A DNA stretch of 64,000 nt, from NCBI GenBank assembly GCA_963676835.2, contig CAXXFF010000002.1:256001-320000 (forward strand), in the 5' to 3' direction. The notes beneath the pieces are model-generated. The model was not told where the DNA came from and made no database searches. It saw only the letters and a program-made list of their open reading frames with translations. Below are positions 54,988 through 64,000 of this stretch, one piece after another. The DNA comes from Marispirochaeta sp. (lineage in GTDB: Bacteria; Spirochaetota; Spirochaetia; JC444; Marispirochaetaceae). How positions within the stretch are numbered: the first letter of the stretch is position 1; each line of letters opens with the position of its first letter. The position numbers were made by a program, and so were the translations under genes.

Positions 54988-57504
54988 ATGGAAAAAAAGA
55001 GTCTTTCCATCCCGACACGTCAGGGTCATGACGCTGAGTCGATTGCCTGGGGCTACGCAGAACATCTGAAATTTACCCTCGGCGTAGACCGTTACTCTTC
55101 ATCAAACTTTGACCGCTACATGGCCCTCGCCCTGGCGGTGAAAGACCGGCTGATCAACCAGTGGATGAAAACCCAGCAGACCCACCATCTGCAGAAGGTT
55201 AAAAGAATATACTATCTCTCCCTGGAGTTCCTTATCGGCCGCTCCATGGGAAACAACGTTATTAACATGGGTCTGCAGAAAGCAGTGGAAGATGCCATGG
55301 CTGAGCTTGGCTATACCTGGGAAGAACTCCGGGAGGAAGAGATTGATGCAGGCCTTGGAAACGGCGGTCTCGGCCGTCTGGCAGCCTGTTTTCTTGATTC
55401 CATGGCCACCCTGAACCTGCCCTCCTTCGGCTACGGCCTCCGCTATGATTATGGAATATTCCGCCAGCAGATTGAAAACGGCTGGCAGGTGGAACAGCCG
55501 GATGACTGGCTCCGCAGGGGCAACCCCTGGGAAATAGAACGTCCGGATATCGTAGTTCCCGTGAATTTCGGCGGAAAGATCGAAAGTTTTACCGACAAGG
55601 GGAAACGCCACTTTGTCTGGACTGAGACAAATCCTGTTCTGGCCATAGCATACGACACCCCGATTGTCGGCTACGGCGGCCAGACTGTTAATACCCTCAG
55701 GCTCTGGAGCGCACGGGCAGCAGAAGAATTTGATTTCAGCGAGTTTAACGAAGGCGACTATGTTGAGGCCGTGGCATCCAAAGTAAATGCCGAAAACCTT
55801 ACCAAAGTTCTCTATCCCAACGACAAACTGTATCTGGGCAAAGAGCTCCGGTTGCAGCAGCAGTATCTCTTTGTTGCAAGTTCCCTGGCGGATATCATCC
55901 GGCGTTTCAAAAAGGGCGGTGACCCCTGGACTGATTTCCCGAAATACAATGCAGTCCAGCTCAACGATACCCACCCGTCTCTTGCAGTACCCGAACTTAT
56001 GCGGCTGCTGGTAGATGAGAACCAGCTGGACTGGGACAGCGCCTGGGCCATAACCGTCAATACACTCGGGTACACCAATCACACCCTGATGCCGGAGGCC
56101 CTGGAAAAATGGCCTGTGCCCATGCTGGAAAAGCTGCTACCCCGACATCTTCAGATTATCTACGAAATCAACCACCGCTTTCTCCAGAGAGTTGCCATTG
56201 CATTTCCGGGAGACATGCAGCGGATGAACAGAATGAGTATCGTAGAAGAGGGAGATGTCAAACAGATCCGTATGGCAAACCTCTCGATAATCGGTTCCCA
56301 CTCAACCAACGGGGTGGCCGCCCTGCATACAGATCTGCTCAGATCAAATCTTGTACCCGATTTTGCTGCTCTATATCCGGAACGGTTCAACAATAAAACC
56401 AACGGGATAACCCAGCGGCGCTGGCTCCTAAAGGCAAATCCGGATCTCGCCTCTCTTATCACAGATACTATTGGAGACGGCTGGATTACCGATATGTCCC
56501 AGCTCAAGCAGCTAGTATCGTACGCCGACAACGAGAGCTTCCGCAGTCAATTTGAAGAGGTTAAAATAACTGCAAAAAAACATCTGGCGGAAATTCTCAA
56601 AAGGGAACACGGTTTTGATCTTGACCCGACATCCATCTTCGATGTGCAGATAAAGCGTATTCATGAGTATAAGAGACAATTCCTGAATGCCCTTCACATT
56701 GTAATGCTCTATAACCGTATCCGCGAAAAGGGGACCAAAGGCCTTGTTCCACGAACATTCCTGATAGCCGGCAAAGCTGCCCCGGGGTATATGCTGGCAA
56801 AACTGATCATTAAACTGATCAACAATATCAGCAGCGTGGTGAATAACGATCCAAAGGTGCGAAAATACCTGAGGGTCTATTTTGTTCCCAATTACCGTGT
56901 TTCATTAGCCGAAAAACTCTTTCCTGCGGCAGAGATTTCCCAGCAGATATCCACTGCCGGAACCGAGGCATCCGGCACGGGCAACATGAAATTCATGTGC
57001 AACGGCGCCCTTACCCTGGGGACCCTTGATGGTGCGAATATAGAGATTGTAGAGGAGGTTGGCAAAGAGAATGCCTTTATCTTCGGTCTTACCGCGGAGG
57101 AAGCTGCGGAACTCCGTCCGAAGTACAATCCCTTCGAATACTATAATAATGACCCGGAAATCAAAGCTGCGGTTGATCTGCTCTTTTCCGGCCATTTCAA
57201 TATTTCAGAACCCCATATTTTTGAACCCCTGCGGCAGGCACTCTTTGATCAGGGAGATCATTACATGAACCTTGCCGACCTGAGATCCTATGCAGATGCT
57301 CAGGAAGAGGTCCAGAAACTCTACCGGAACAGGGATGAGTGGAACAGAAAAGCAATTCTAAATATTGCCTGTTCCGGGAAATTCTCATCAGACCGGACTA
57401 TACTTGAATACGCGGAAGATATCTGGAACACCTCACCGTGTTCTGTTGACACCGCCCACGATCCCACAGACACCCTTGCAGAAGCAAGAAAAGTGGATAA
57501 ATAA
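54988..57504 (+). CDS. glgP: Glycogen/starch phosphorylase
   Basis: GLGNGGLGRLAACF, QLNDTHP, YTNHT, KRIHEYKRQ, EASGTGNMK. Confidence 0.97.
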   Translation: MEKKSLSIPTRQGHDAESIAWGYAEHLKFTLGVDRYSSSNFDRYMALALAVKDRLINQWMKTQQTHHLQKVKRIYYLSLEFLIGRSMGNNVINMGLQKAVEDAMAELGYTWEELREEEIDAGLGNGGLGRLAACFLDSMATLNLPSFGYGLRYDYGIFRQQIENGWQVEQPDDWLRRGNPWEIERPDIVVPVNFGGKIESFTDKGKRHFVWTETNPVLAIAYDTPIVGYGGQTVNTLRLWSARAAEEFDFSEFNEGDYVEAVASKVNAENLTKVLYPNDKLYLGKELRLQQQYLFVASSLADIIRRFKKGGDPWTDFPKYNAVQLNDTHPSLAVPELMRLLVDENQLDWDSAWAITVNTLGYTNHTLMPEALEKWPVPMLEKLLPRHLQIIYEINHRFLQRVAIAFPGDMQRMNRMSIVEEGDVKQIRMANLSIIGSHSTNGVAALHTDLLRSNLVPDFAALYPERFNNKTNGITQRRWLLKANPDLASLITDTIGDGWITDMSQLKQLVSYADNESFRSQFEEVKITAKKHLAEILKREHGFDLDPTSIFDVQIKRIHEYKRQFLNALHIVMLYNRIREKGTKGLVPRTFLIAGKAAPGYMLAKLIIKLINNISSVVNNDPKVRKYLRVYFVPNYRVSLAEKLFPAAEISQQISTAGTEASGTGNMKFMCNGALTLGTLDGANIEIVEEVGKENAFIFGLTAEEAAELRPKYNPFEYYNNDPEIKAAVDLLFSGHFNISEPHIFEPLRQALFDQGDHYMNLADLRSYADAQEEVQKLYRNRDEWNRKAILNIACSGKFSSDRTILEYAEDIWNTSPCSVDTAHDPTDTLAEARKVDK

Positions 57505-57580
57505 GCCGGAGGGACTCAACTATTGACCCCTCCAAGTCGATGATGTTATCGTGAGTTCAAGAAAAAAAGATGGAGGACCT

Positions 57581-57892
57581 ATGCCGGCCAATGAAGAACA
57601 CCTCGATTTAGATGCCGCCACGTCCGGAAAAATTTACTGCGCCAACTGTGTTAACTGTAAGCTCGTACGCGAGGCACAGGGAGGGATGCGCTATTCCCTG
57701 CGTGTCCGCTGTGATGCAGGAAAATGGCGGAAAAAGCTTGGTGAAGAAAAAATTTACAAATACTTTACCGTCGCACGGCGCAGCCTTGATTCCTGTGATG
57801 CCTATGAACCCATGGGAGACCCCAAAGAGTTCATGAAGGAACTGAAAAAGAGCCTTCCCATAAAGGACGAAATCTATACAAGCCGCGATTAA
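57581..57892 (+). CDS. Small Cys-rich conserved hypothetical protein
   Basis: YCANCVNCK...RVRC...W.KK.GEEK.YKY...C..Y..MG; GGAGG precedes ATG 57581. Confidence 0.75.
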   Translation: MPANEEHLDLDAATSGKIYCANCVNCKLVREAQGGMRYSLRVRCDAGKWRKKLGEEKIYKYFTVARRSLDSCDAYEPMGDPKEFMKELKKSLPIKDEIYTSRD

Positions 57893-57910
57893 TATGCTTA
57901 ACTTTTTCTC

Positions 57911-58330
57911 ATGATAAGGAAAATCACGGCTTTAAGCCTTTTACTGCCAGCTTTACTTCTATTCTCCTGCGTCGGGGTACCCGCACCGGAAGACATCCCG
58001 GATACTCTTACTCCCATGGAATATTTCCAGAAAGCCCAGGATGCTGTGGCCAGCCGGAACGACTATGACACCGCCCTGGTTTACTACAACACATTCAAGG
58101 AACGTTTTCCCCAGGACCTTCAGGGCAACGTTGAAGCTGATTATGAAATTGGCTTTATTCATTATAAACTGGGAGAATACCAGCAGGCCAAAGATATCCT
58201 CAAAAGCGTAGTTGCCAGGTACGAAACCGAAGAAGCGGCGAAACTGAAAGACTGGCCTCTTATCCTGTCCCGGAAGATACTTGCTAGAATCGATTCAATC
58301 GAATCCGCACAGCTGATACCCCAGGTCTGA
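57911..58330 (+). CDS. TPR lipoprotein (BamD-like)
   Basis: Lipobox LFSC; EYFQKAQ.A, A..YY, ERFP, YEIGFIHYK. Confidence 0.78.
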   Translation: MIRKITALSLLLPALLLFSCVGVPAPEDIPDTLTPMEYFQKAQDAVASRNDYDTALVYYNTFKERFPQDLQGNVEADYEIGFIHYKLGEYQQAKDILKSVVARYETEEAAKLKDWPLILSRKILARIDSIESAQLIPQV

Positions 58331-58379
58331 TACTATCCATTATTCTTTTCCCGATTCTGTCCTCAATTTCCATCAGCCA

Positions 58380-59492
58380 TTATTGGGGAAGAATTATGGT
58401 GTAGAGCTCAATAGAAAGGGCTTCAGCCTCAGCATAAACCTGTTCTTTTGTAACTTTTCCCCTTGGCCGCGGATGAGGCGGGGCGTCGCCTACAAGAATG
58501 ATCTTTCTGCTTTCCGCAGCCCAGGGGTATGATTTGATACCCGCATACAGGGCTTCGTACACGGCTTCAGGAATATCCCTGCCGCCGAATACCCTTATAT
58601 GATCCAGAATACGCTGAACAGTCTCTACTCCGCCTACCTGGAAGGGAAAGACATCGGTGATGTATTCCTCATCATAATCCTTATACAGAACGACACCCAC
58701 CCGAAGCATTGAAAAACCTTTTGCCTTTTCCTGAAGAAGCGGCACAAGGCTTCGGCGCAGGTGAGGAATATCATTTTCCATACTTTGAGTGGTATCTAGA
58801 GCCAGCACAAGATCAAGACTTCTGCCGTCAGTATCGTCAATAATCTCTTCAATCTTATCAACAATATCATCTTCGCCACGGCTGTAAATCAGTCGACCGG
58901 CCCCTTCATTACTGATCTCTGTATAAGCCGTTACAGTATCTTCCATATAGTTTCCTTCCGGAGGGCCAACAAAAGGTTTCTGCGCTACCTTCAGAATAAA
59001 AGGATTATCATGGAATTCTCCACTATAATCAGCATAGGATTTTTCAAATGCCCGCAGGCTCAGGTAGGTGCCGTCCAGGACCTGCACTTCACCATTACGT
59101 GACCATGGATACCCGTAAACGACCACATAGGGAATAAAAATATGGTAAACCTGCCCTAGGTCCTTATGCTGTTCTGCGTTAGAATCAATCAGAGAGAGTC
59201 CCCGTTTCTCAACCAGGAATTCACCGTCAAGCATCCTTTTTTCTGCGGTATCAGTCTGTCTTGCTGAAGGATCACGATATGCATAGCTGGCGGTCTCCCG
59301 AGTCGGATCCTCCGTTGATTCAGTCAGAAGAACAGATCCAAGCCCCGGGACAGCCTTGATATACAGGTCATACCCTCCGGACAAACTTTGCTCAATAACA
59401 ATATCTTCAGACCCGATCACCAGAGGATCACTGAACAGAGAACATAAGCAGAGCAGAAAAGTAAAAACAAAAACCGGCACCCGTGTTTCCAT
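58380..59492 (-). CDS. Exported von Willebrand factor A domain protein
   Basis: DLVLALDTTQSM (MIDAS), VLYKDY, GG.D.PEAV.EAL, ILVGDAPPH. Confidence 0.9.
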   Translation of the reverse strand: METRVPVFVFTFLLCLCSLFSDPLVIGSEDIVIEQSLSGGYDLYIKAVPGLGSVLLTESTEDPTRETASYAYRDPSARQTDTAEKRMLDGEFLVEKRGLSLIDSNAEQHKDLGQVYHIFIPYVVVYGYPWSRNGEVQVLDGTYLSLRAFEKSYADYSGEFHDNPFILKVAQKPFVGPPEGNYMEDTVTAYTEISNEGAGRLIYSRGEDDIVDKIEEIIDDTDGRSLDLVLALDTTQSMENDIPHLRRSLVPLLQEKAKGFSMLRVGVVLYKDYDEEYITDVFPFQVGGVETVQRILDHIRVFGGRDIPEAVYEALYAGIKSYPWAAESRKIILVGDAPPHPRPRGKVTKEQVYAEAEALSIELYTIILPQ

Positions 59493-59499
59493 ACCTAAA

Positions 59500-59527
59500 T
59501 TATCGGCGCCGAAGCATCGAAGACTTA
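59500..59527 (-). promoter_or_regulatory. sigma28 (FliA)-type promoter for the vWA gene
   Basis: TAAG-16-GCCGATAA-7-ATG on the minus strand. Confidence 0.65.
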
Positions 59528-59533
59528 TGACTA

Positions 59534-59562
59534 TTGGCGAGAAGGGCTTTTTCTACTACAAT
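59534..59562 (+). promoter_or_regulatory. sigma70 promoter, (near-)leaderless rpiB
   Basis: TTGGCG-17-TACAAT-8-ATG, pyrimidine-only gap with no Shine-Dalgarno sequence. Confidence 0.6.
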
Positions 59563-59570
59563 TCCCTTCT

Positions 59571-60017
59571 ATGAAGAGAATAATTATCGCCAATGACCAT
59601 GGCGCAGTTGCTATCAAGAACCAGATCGTAAAACATCTTGAATCCCGGGGATTCAGTGTAGACAATGTCGGAGTTGATTCAGAAGATTCCGTCGATTATC
59701 CCGACATGGCAGAAAAAGCCTGTAAACAGTTTCTTGAAGACGGCGGATATGAGTTTGGCATTGTCTGCTGCGGCACCGGAATCGGGATTTCCATCTCGGC
59801 CAATAAGATTAAAGGAATCCGCTGTGCCCTGCCTCAGAATTTGTTTGCCGCCCAGATGGCCAAAGAGCATAACAATGCAAACTTTATTGCCTTCGGCGGA
59901 CGCATTGATTATCCGGAAACAGTCGAAGAGATGGTGGACATCTTTATCGACACCGAATTCGGCGGCGACAGACATGCCCGCAGAATCAATAAAATGATGG
60001 GACTGGAAAACTGCTGA
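59571..60017 (+). CDS. rpiB: Ribose 5-phosphate isomerase B
   Basis: NDHGA, SVDYPD, CGTGIG.SISANK, HNNAN, F.GDRH.RR. Confidence 0.96.
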   Translation: MKRIIIANDHGAVAIKNQIVKHLESRGFSVDNVGVDSEDSVDYPDMAEKACKQFLEDGGYEFGIVCCGTGIGISISANKIKGIRCALPQNLFAAQMAKEHNNANFIAFGGRIDYPETVEEMVDIFIDTEFGGDRHARRINKMMGLENC

Positions 60018-60033
60018 AAAACAGACAGACCGT

Positions 60034-60546
60034 TCAGAGTTCAACGATAGCCGGAAAGGGCGGAAGCAGCCAGTCCGGCGTCGTTCCCAGAAAATAGGTA
60101 AACCGGCGTTCAAAAGCGGGAATGAGGCTGCACAGGTCGAACCCCGCTTCGCACCGGTATACCAGACTGCCGCCCTTATTGAATGGCCGGTAGAAATAGC
60201 TGTTCTCCTCAACAGTTAATACATTTGCCTGCACACTGCAATCCGCAGAGTCCCAACTTTTCAGATCTTCCATATCTTCTTCAAGATAATAGACATCAAA
60301 ATGGTCATCTCTATATGAATACTCAGCCTTGAAATAGGAGGTAAGATCCTGCGGGGAAAAGGGCAATCCGGTCTCCCGATAGGGCCCCCTCTGAAGAATA
60401 AGAATGGAGCTTCCGACGTTATCTTCTGCCGTAAGGTGAGTTAGTGTCGCCGGAGAAAAAGGGGTTGAAAGAGGAAGGGAAAGAAGACTAAAGAGAAAAC
60501 CGGACAGAATCATACCGAGTATTCTGCCCGGTCTGGTTTTGAACAT
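60034..60546 (-). CDS. Hypothetical exported protein
   Basis: 170-aa ORF directly downstream of glmS with a hydrophobic N-terminus and C-terminal PPFPAI. Confidence 0.65.
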   Translation of the reverse strand: MFKTRPGRILGMILSGFLFSLLSLPLSTPFSPATLTHLTAEDNVGSSILILQRGPYRETGLPFSPQDLTSYFKAEYSYRDDHFDVYYLEEDMEDLKSWDSADCSVQANVLTVEENSYFYRPFNKGGSLVYRCEAGFDLCSLIPAFERRFTYFLGTTPDWLLPPFPAIVEL

Positions 60547-60555
60547 AAACTGGTG

Positions 60556-62379
60556 CTACTCCACCGTAACGCTCTTGGCCAGGTTCCGGGGCTGATCAAC
60601 ATCCCTGCCCAGCTTCAAGGCAATGTAATAAGCAAAAAGCTGAAGGGGAACCACCATAACATAGGGGTAAAAAAGCGCATCTGTTTTGGGCACAAAAATT
60701 GTATCATCAGCAATGTCGGCAACTTCCGTATCGCCCTCAACAGCCAGAGCAATCACTTTACCTTTCCGTGCTTTAACCTCTTTGATATTGGAAATGATCT
60801 TCTCCCTCAGGTGATCATCGGGAACAATAAAGAGCGATGGGGTTTCCTCGTTTATCAATGCTATAGGACCATGTTTAATCTCAGCGGAGCTGTAGCCTTC
60901 TGCATGGATATACGAGATCTCCTTGAGCTTCAAAGCACCTTCAAGGGCAACCGGATAGTTGATTCCCCGGCCCAGGAACAGGAAGTTTTTCGCATCCGCA
61001 TACTTCTCCGCAACCTTTCGGATACCTTCCGCATTTGCAAGAACCTGACTGATTTTTCCCGGAACACTCTCCAGAGCCTCCATAAACTCAAGCCCCTGCT
61101 CCCAGGACATATGCTTCATTCTGCCCATAAGCAGAGTAAAAAGGTAGAAAACCGTAATCTGACTGGTAAAGGCCTTGGTGGATGCCACGGCTATCTCCGG
61201 GCCGGAGTGAATATAGGTTCCCCCGTCGGACTCCCGGGCTATGGTGGAACCCACCACATTACAAACACCAAGTACCTTGCCGCCCTTCCGCTGCAGCTCA
61301 CGCATGGCAAAAAGGGTATCAATAGTTTCTCCCGACTGGGATACCGCGAAATGGAGAGAGTTCTTCTCCACTATGGGGTTCCGGTAGCGGATTTCCGATG
61401 AAAGCTCCGCTGTCGAGGGAATTCGGGCAACACTTTCCATCAGATAGGCGCCTACCAGTCCTGCATAAAACGAGGTCCCGGCGGCAATGATCTTTATCCG
61501 CTCCAGAGTCAGCAGTTCGTTGGGAAGAAGATTAAGCCCGCCAAGGTGAGCAGTTCCTGCTTCCCGGTTCAAGCGTCCCTGAAAAGCCCGGGTTACCGAT
61601 TCTGCCTGCTCCCGAATCTCCTTCTCCATATAGTGGGTGAAGCCGTCTTTTTCGATCTGATCCAGTTCCCAGGAAATAGTATCAATACGTTTCTGGATTT
61701 CCCTGTTGCCGGAGTCAACAATTTTGAATCCATCGGCATCGATAAGCACAACTTCGCCGTCTTCGAGATAGACCGCCTGTTTTGTATAAGCCAGTACCGC
61801 AGTGGTATCGGAAGCGAGGAACATCTCGTCCTCACCGACACCGAGAACAAGGGGAGAGCCGTTACGGGCACCGATTATTTTCCCCGGCTCATCGGCGTGA
61901 ATACAGACAATCCCGTAGGTTCCCTTTAAAAGGGGAAGTGAAGCCTGTACAGCCGCTGCAAGATCACCGGAGTAGTTATAGGCAACAAGATGGGCGATAA
62001 CCTCAGAGTCTGTTTCGGTTTTAAATACATAGCCTTCTTTTTCCAGCATCTCTTTCAAAGAAAGATAATTTTCAATAATACCGTTATGACAAATGGCAAT
62101 CTTTCCGGACGGATCGGTATGGGGATGGGCATTGATTTCGGTCACGCCGCCATGGGTCGCCCAGCGGGTATGTCCAATACCGCAGCTTCCGGTAAGCCCT
62201 TTCGGGACAGCCGCACTTAAAACCCGGATCTTACCCGGTCTCTTTACCAGAGTAATAGCCCCTGCGTTTTCAACTGCGATTCCCGCGGAATCATACCCCC
62301 GGTACTCAAGTCTGCGAAGTCCCTGAAGAAGAACCTCTGAAGAGACCCGACGGCCTACATAGCCTACTATTCCACACAT
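60556..62379 (-). CDS. glmS: Glutamine--fructose-6-phosphate transaminase (isomerizing)
   Basis: MCGIVG, EYRGYDSAG, GHTRWATHG, SQSGET, VASTKAFT, PRNLAKSVTVE. Confidence 0.98.
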   Translation of the reverse strand: MCGIVGYVGRRVSSEVLLQGLRRLEYRGYDSAGIAVENAGAITLVKRPGKIRVLSAAVPKGLTGSCGIGHTRWATHGGVTEINAHPHTDPSGKIAICHNGIIENYLSLKEMLEKEGYVFKTETDSEVIAHLVAYNYSGDLAAAVQASLPLLKGTYGIVCIHADEPGKIIGARNGSPLVLGVGEDEMFLASDTTAVLAYTKQAVYLEDGEVVLIDADGFKIVDSGNREIQKRIDTISWELDQIEKDGFTHYMEKEIREQAESVTRAFQGRLNREAGTAHLGGLNLLPNELLTLERIKIIAAGTSFYAGLVGAYLMESVARIPSTAELSSEIRYRNPIVEKNSLHFAVSQSGETIDTLFAMRELQRKGGKVLGVCNVVGSTIARESDGGTYIHSGPEIAVASTKAFTSQITVFYLFTLLMGRMKHMSWEQGLEFMEALESVPGKISQVLANAEGIRKVAEKYADAKNFLFLGRGINYPVALEGALKLKEISYIHAEGYSSAEIKHGPIALINEETPSLFIVPDDHLREKIISNIKEVKARKGKVIALAVEGDTEVADIADDTIFVPKTDALFYPYVMVVPLQLFAYYIALKLGRDVDQPRNLAKSVTVE

Positions 62380-62445
62380 ATTTATATCCTCGAAGGGTAA
62401 GATTTTACGTCTGAAGGTATCACAGACAGCAAGGAAAAACCACCA

Positions 62446-63072
62446 TTAACCGGCGGAGGCGCTTTCTGCCAGGGCATACAGCTTGTCTTTGTTTTTCAGC
62501 GTCATCAGGCTGCTTTCGGTCTTAACAATTCCCTGCTCAGCAAGCTTTTCAATATACTTCAGCACGGCCTCCTGAGGCAGCTCCAGATTGAGGCTTATTT
62601 CACGGGACAGTTTGTGATATTCCAGACGGGCCTGTTCAAACCCGTTTTCAGCAAAGGCATAATAGATATTCAGGGCGATCAGACCCTTTTTGTTCTGTTT
62701 AACCAGGTGCTGTATCTGGTTATTGGTATGCTGAAGCCGGCGGCAGAGCTTATCTATAACATTAAGCGCTATCCGGGCATTCTTTTCGATCATACCCAGA
62801 AATCCCTCACGGTTGAATGCCAACAGGCGTACGGTGCCGACGGCAGTTGCAGTGGCGGTACGTTCAACCTGATTCACTATAGCCATTTCACCGAAGAAAT
62901 CCCCTTTCCCCAGCACGGCGAGGATATGCTCCTTCCCGCCGATCATTTTACTGATCCGTATATTACCTTCCTGAATAATATACATTTTATCTCCGGGCTC
63001 CCCTTCCTGGAAAAGAATCTTCCCGGAGTCCACCATAAGGCCGTATTTATCATAAAGTCTGTTATCTTCCAT
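62446..63072 (-). CDS. Crp/Fnr-family cyclic-nucleotide-binding protein
   Basis: LFQEGEPG.KMYII.EG, FFGEMA, RTATA; C-terminal wHTH-like region. Confidence 0.9.
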   Translation of the reverse strand: MEDNRLYDKYGLMVDSGKILFQEGEPGDKMYIIQEGNIRISKMIGGKEHILAVLGKGDFFGEMAIVNQVERTATATAVGTVRLLAFNREGFLGMIEKNARIALNVIDKLCRRLQHTNNQIQHLVKQNKKGLIALNIYYAFAENGFEQARLEYHKLSREISLNLELPQEAVLKYIEKLAEQGIVKTESSLMTLKNKDKLYALAESASAG

Positions 63073-63165
63073 TAAAAATAGCTCCCGGGTAAATTTTCGG
63101 CAGAATGCTGAAGCAAATCCAGCTCTTTCACCGTATCAGAGTATATAAAACAGAAGGAGCTTTCA

Positions 63166-64000
63166 ATGACACAGTTACGTCTGCTTGTTATTATTCCCCT
63201 GATATTCCTCACTACCTGCTGCACTCCCCTTATTGATTTGGCGGAGACCGGGAAGACCTTCGGAGTTACCGGTGCAGACCTTAATCCACCGGTATTAGGC
63301 CCGGCAGGCGCGGTTGACGCCTACACCTTCAGCCTCAGTTTCAATGAAGACCTTGGAGCATTCCATCTGGAAAATATCTCCCCGGTTATGGAAAACCCGC
63401 AGGTAACATTCGACGGCCCGGATGTTACAATCTATTCAGCCACGGCTCAGGCTCCAGGAATTGAATATTCCCTGGATATACGGGCCACCGACAGTGCAGG
63501 CAACTCACAACAGCTGATTGTGCGCTGCTACGGCTACAATCCCGATATTCCCGGACTGCTGATTAATGAGTTCACCTGTCAGGGCAGCAGTACCCACCCG
63601 GATATGGTGGAACTCAAAGTCAGCGAAGACGGCAACCTGGCCGGTCTGGCGGTTGTTGAGGGCACTGATACAAACTGGGACCAGCGCATAATCCTGCCGG
63701 AATGTGAAGTTGCTGCAGGAGATTATATTCTTATCCATTTCAAGCCTCAGGGTATCCCGGAGGAAATCGACGAGACAGCTGCAGTTGATGCCTCGGAAGG
63801 CCTTGACAGCAACCCGGAGGCCAGGGATTTCTGGGTCCCCGAAGGCAGCGGGCTGTCGGGAAACAACGGAGTAATTACGGTGTATACAAACCCCTGCGGC
63901 ACTCTTATCGACGCGGTTGTCTATTCGAACAGAACATCCTCATCGGATACAGACTACAGGGGTTTCGGCAGCAGCAGTATGCTGAATAAGGTGGATACCG
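63166..64000 (+). CDS. Lipoprotein with a lamin-tail-like domain (TP0183-like); partial, runs off the window
   Basis: Not in the ORF track. Manual translation MTQLRLLVIIPLIFLTTCC...LLINEFTCQGS...DMVELKV...GNLAG...LSGNNGVI...IDAVVYS is open to the window end; GAAGGAG precedes the ATG. Confidence 0.78.
   Translation, partial: MTQLRLLVIIPLIFLTTCCTPLIDLAETGKTFGVTGADLNPPVLGPAGAVDAYTFSLSFNEDLGAFHLENISPVMENPQVTFDGPDVTIYSATAQAPGIEYSLDIRATDSAGNSQQLIVRCYGYNPDIPGLLINEFTCQGSSTHPDMVELKVSEDGNLAGLAVVEGTDTNWDQRIILPECEVAAGDYILIHFKPQGIPEEIDETAAVDASEGLDSNPEARDFWVPEGSGLSGNNGVITVYTNPCGTLIDAVVYSNRTSSSDTDYRGFGSSSMLNKVDT

Noticed and set aside
55102..56082. 326-aa minus-strand ORF
   Set aside because: Antisense shadow of glgP.
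60553..61401. 282-aa plus-strand ORF
   Set aside because: Antisense shadow of glmS.
62380..62445. glmS ribozyme
   Set aside because: The intergenic region is only 66 bp and lacks the conserved ribozyme core.
1..64000. CRISPR array, tRNA/rRNA, integrase, reverse transcriptase or prophage genes
   Set aside because: No regularly spaced repeats, cloverleaf-like segments or relevant protein motifs were recognised by eye; a covariance-model scan would be needed to exclude small RNAs.

Overview
64 kb of chromosome from what looks like a free-living spirochaete (Spirochaetaceae-like), inferred from lineage-typical genes: DUF5312, the LamG-FN3/TPR cluster, a TP0183-like lipoprotein and a small Cys-rich hypothetical. 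All product calls come from motif recognition; no searches were run. The first 2.3 kb is a decayed defence/mobile mosaic: a split Rpn-family nuclease gene, an ABC-3C/Lamassu-type ATPase C-terminal relic, and an intact AlbA_2-HATPase-wHTH gene bracketed by two hsdR-like 5' ends (18-bp direct repeat). The second hsdR-like start is fused to the Rpn C-terminal (RpnS-like) tail. Next is a cyclic-nucleotide signalling region: a 7TM pseudokinase-REC-adenylate cyclase divergent from a LamG-FN3/TPR/HDOD/MBL-hydrolase/degenerate-GGDEF operon. The rest is mostly housekeeping and transport: thyX, slyD, a double-CZB chemoreceptor, cymR-cysK-metY, phnDCE, a folM-folX-folK-folE pterin cluster, DUF1893 plus a metal ABC transporter with a perfect 31-bp operator, a YtrA-controlled SPFH/ABC/LolA-like operon with one frameshift, a queG-like gene, hom, glgP, rpiB, glmS and a Crp-family gene. 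Many genes appear to be transcribed leaderless. No rRNA, tRNA, CRISPR array or intact transposase was recognised.
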